NCBI GenBank assembly: GCA_012295275.1
Contig: CM022666.1
Span: forward strand, 12,338,001-12,402,000
DNA from: Chrysomallon squamiferum
Lineage: Eukaryota > Animalia > Mollusca
Length of the DNA stretch: 64,000 bases
Direction: 5' to 3'
How positions within the stretch are numbered: the stretch's first letter is position 1; every line of letters begins with the position of its first letter. Below are positions 59,775 to 64,000 of the stretch, in pieces. The notes under the pieces were generated by a model. The model searched no databases, was not told the DNA's origin, and saw only the letters and a program-made list of their open reading frames with translations. Position numbers and translations under genes: made by a program.

Positions 59775-62700
59775 CATCGAATGTCCCAGTTAACAATGAT
59801 TGTAAGCGATGTGGAACAAACGAAACGACGTGAGTATTATGTTGAGTCACAATTCTTTACTGAGTATTTAGTGCTTTGTTCATAATGATTTTAAATATTA
59901 TTTTTTCAAAACATTTGGTAACAGCCATTAGACTCGTTTACTGGTGTCGGAACGTCCACGTGTACAGTGTCTATTGAAAGTTATATTTTTCTGAAAACGC
60001 TAGACGTAACTGTTGAGCAAACGACTCCGCCTGTATGACCTGATCTCTTTAAAATAGAACAATGGTTCAGCCCATTTGTGTTAAACTAAACTGTTTTGTT
60101 CTTATACTCTCTAATTAAATTATTAAAAACATATTAATAAAATAGAAAGTACAAATAAAACACAAATTGTGTTAATACAGAATAAATCCAGACTACTGTT
60201 TCTTTTCACAAAGGATACAATTTATCAAGTTGATTTAATATTGTAATCCACTACTTCAATGATTTAAAACATTTAATATATCAAAAAATCAAAAAACAAA
60301 GCCGAACAAAAGAAAAATAATTTTTTGAAAGTACTGCTATTTAAGTATGCAGTAAATGAAGCATGTCTAGATAATAACAGATGCATACATACATTCATGT
60401 ATTCACGCACACAAACACGAATACATCATACTCAAACACTACGTATAAACAAATAACCATGAAGCATTTCACTTAGGTGACTTATTTTTAGCATGACTCT
60501 GCCTACATTTGTTTCAGATGTCCGCCTGGTTGTTCCGACTACAACATGACTATTACAGAGAGAAACTACACAAGGTAAAGCGATTTACTTTTCAAATAAG
60601 TGATTTATTTATGTGTGTGTGTGTGTGTGTGTTTTGTGTTGGTGTGACAGAGTTAAAGAGAGAGATTGTGTGTAATAAAGAGAGATAGAGACAAAGACAG
60701 ATGAAAATAGAAGCGAGAGGTAGAGACAGGCATACAGACAAAGAGAGAGAAGGACATAGAGAGACAGACTGAAAGAGAGAAAGAGAAAGAGATACTTAGC
60801 TAATGGAACTGTAAATCATTTAAAAATTTTCTGTTTCAGATTTCACAGAAGTAAAAGAGGTAAATTATTATTATCTTAGTATTTTATTTCAGACTAAGCA
60901 GACTAAAACTGATTCATGCACTATCAGATATTTGTTACAAATGACCATTTTCTATGCCACGCACACACATACTCATACACACACACACGCAAGCACCCAT
61001 ACATACACCCGAATCAAAAAATGATAGTAATAAAACAAACACAAGAAAAACCATTCGGCCATCGAGACAACCTTTTAGAAAAGGATTGCTCAATAATGGA
61101 GGATACTCAACGGTTCCCACGAAACACGCAGTTCTTTATCTGTATCTATGTATATATACGTATGTATGAATATATGTAAATATGTGTATAGGTAGCTATT
61201 TTTTTTCTACTCATGTTTGTATATGTCTGTTTGCATATACGAGTGCGTCTGTGTATGTATATGTTAGCATAACGTAGCAATAGAAGATTTATTCTAAGCG
61301 TTGTTATTTTAGCTTCTTTGCCGGAATTTCCAGACATCAGCTTTGTTAACTGTCCTGTTGGTGGTGCCTACGCCTGTCCTATCCGAGGCACAAAGGTAGG
61401 CATTGTTAAATGGGATCCGCTGAAGGTGGTGTCCAGCAAACACGATAATGTGAAAATAAAACAGATTATGGGCTTGCCTCCCTGGAGATTATTTCCTTTA
61501 GGTTTTACAAGGATTGGATACTTGGCTGAACATCCGTCTGGCTCTAGAGCTTACTGCAACTTTCGAGCCTACGTGACAAGTATGTCTTTGAGTTTCTGTA
61601 TGCATGCATACATATACAGCTATATATATTTTCATCTGTATGTCTGTAGTATTGATGTATGAGAAACAGATGTGTTGTGTGTATGTATCCATGTGTCTGT
61701 GTATGTTTGTGGTGCAGATGTGTGTTGTGAATATTTGTACATGTATATAAAATGTATGTATATCTGTGAGTGTGTTTGTGCATATCTATGTTTGTATCTG
61801 CAGGTATGTGTTGTTTATGCATATGTCCACTGAACAAAATAAGAACATAACTTCATGAAACTGGGAGAACAGCTGTTATATATGTATTTATAAGAGTGTT
61901 CCATTGTGCATATGTTGGTGCAAAAATGATGGTAATAGATAGGTTAAGAGAAACTGCGAGAGTTTTGACTAGGTGTGGTAACGGTTAAAAAAAAACGACA
62001 CACTTAATAACGGGTATTACCATCTCTTGAATTGACCACTGCAGTGCACAGAATTGACCAAAGTGTTGAATTCTGCCTGTGAAATATTGTTCCATTGATC
62101 ACTTGACGAAGTTCGTTGACGTAGTTCGTTGACGTTAGATGGTGTGTTGGGACGACGCGTCGTTCATCTGTCCAGACTATCCCAGACATCATCACGTTGT
62201 AAAGAAAATCTGGATTCACCCTAAAAAAGAACGGTATTCCAGCGTCGCCGTATACAACGAGTGTTTTTCCCAATTAAGACGATTTAGACGATGACGTTAC
62301 GATAAAACACATCCGACGTAAGCACGTCGTCCATATAAACCGTCCTCACGTAGACGATTACGGACAGTTTGCCCGCTGATTCGGTTATTACGAAGCCCAG
62401 GTGTGTTAGAAGCAGTAGCAGTGGCAGTTTGGAGTCGATTGCGCAAAGGCCTGTTCTGACACAGCGATCTTCACCATGCGTTGTAACAGGCGGACGTCCA
62501 CGACGTGACAGGTTGCTGTGCTTCCTGTCGTTCGAAATCTTACGCGAAGATTTGGTGTCTCTCCACTACAACACAACCAGGCCTTGCAACGTCTTCTGTC
62601 GACACACCAGCACCAAGCATGCCAATCGCCCGTTCACGTAAATGACAGGTATTCTTCGCGTTAATTTTCAGTCTACATTTTATTTGAATGTTGGTAACAG

Positions 62701-63226
62701 ACTTTATTTATTTATTTATTTGTTTTTTCTCGTAGCAACCTTTAAACCGACTTTTAAGGAGTGTAGATACGGGATATTCTACTCGAATACAAATTTCATG
62801 TCTGACGTAGCCACAGTATCATATGACCCAGTTGTGATTGATGAGCTTTTAAACTGCGGACCCTATAGCCTAGAGCTCGTCAAAGGTCTGCCACCCGGGT
62901 ATAATTTCACTAAAGGTCTTACTCCGGTAGAATATAAAGCAACCGACCGGTTTGGAAATACGAATTTCTGCAAGTTCATTGTCAATGTTACAAGTATGTA
63001 TTTTATATTTATTTTAATAAAAAAATAATTATTACTTCGTGCAGAGGATTGTTTCTAAGCAATTTCATGACTAACGTAATTAAAATCTTTATTTACGTTC
63101 TACTGGTAATGTGATTTTTAAAGAAGAACAACACAGAAAAATTCAACTTTTTATGTTGCTTCTCTTACTTCAGTGAATTTCGAGTTTACTTCTTCTTCTT
63201 CTTCTTCTTCTAGTTATTACTGTTAC

Positions 63227-63305
<79 letters not shown>

Positions 63306-63948
63306 TCAGCACTACACTGCAACAGACCAAAGTTTAATGATAGGTTTGTTATAATACGCTGTCGTGATGGTTACACTGTGGGGTGCTGGTGCGACCTCAC
63401 GTGCAAATTCCATTTCAAACTGAAAGGAGCCAATCGTATTCAGTGTCGAAGTATGGAAATCAAAAGACCTGTACCTAAAAGACCTAGGGCATTCTGGAGT
63501 CGTGGCCTGAGACTTATTGAACCTACGTGTGCAGGTAGGGATGAAAAAACTTTATAGTGAATTTGAAGACAATTTTACTTAGTGGCGTAGAGTATACAGT
63601 GATTAATTTTTGTAAAGCAAAATTCCTTCAGTTCTGGATTTAACCTCTTTGGGTGCAAATCTCATAATGTTCTAATATATCCGTATCATCATCATTCAGG
63701 ATTGTCGAAGATCCGTTTTGAAAAGTGTCCTGAACGAACTATTAGAATGAGAACGATTCATGGCCAAAAGGTTCGTGTTACGTGGCCGGATGTGCAGGTC
63801 AGAGCTGACGTGGGAAGTATAACTCTTACTCAAGTTGAAGGACCGAAACCAGGAACGTTAATGGGCGCTGGCACAAAATCGATTAAATACATGGCCCTCA
63901 GTGATCTGAATGAAACTATGTTCTGCAACTTCACAGTCGTTATTAGTG
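59775..63948 (+). CDS. HYR/sushi gene copy D (partial: start lies in the gap, 3' end beyond the window), closest to copy B
   Basis: Exons <59775-59829, 60518-60574, 60840-60859, 61313-61579, 62736-62993, 63310-63534, 63700-63948; open frame and GT-AG introns. Confidence 0.85.
61826..62685 (-). mobile_element. Same degenerate Tc1/mariner element in intron 5 of copy D
   Basis: Nearly identical to 27964-28835 and at the same intron position. Confidence 0.85.
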
Positions 63949-64000
63949 GTAACATACTTATATTTTATTTTATTGTATTTATTTGATTATTTATTTATTA

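Overview
AT-rich, microsatellite-dense animal genomic DNA with spliceosomal introns and two 200-N gaps (25368-25567, 59575-59774); probably an invertebrate, with a mollusc/lophotrochozoan origin only an inference. Reading left to right: (1) a minus-strand cluster of three serpins with intronless coding regions and different predicted roles (non-inhibitory; signal peptide + C-terminal KQEL with P1 Arg; cytosolic with P1-P1' Arg-Cys), plus a serpin fragment; (2) a 4-exon gene absent from the ORF track, encoding a ~132-aa acidic coiled-coil-like protein with a +1 frameshift; (3) a locally amplified 12-exon gene family, spliced here by hand: signal peptide - Cys-rich pro-piece - RSKR furin-type site on a 20-nt micro-exon - HYR-HYR-sushi-HYR-HYR-sushi-sushi-like - Cys-rich tail. 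Two copies are complete and intact (B, +, 683 aa; C, -, 671 aa), one is partial but intact where visible (D, +), and two are pseudogenes (A, -; E, +). They form two head-to-head pairs in an apparent segmental duplication; (4) between the pairs, a ~15 kb composite satellite of 19 near-identical ~720-810 bp units containing (CT)n and (ATATT)n. Tc1/mariner and hAT remnants mark some copies and breakpoints. Domain names come from motif recognition by eye; no searches were run.
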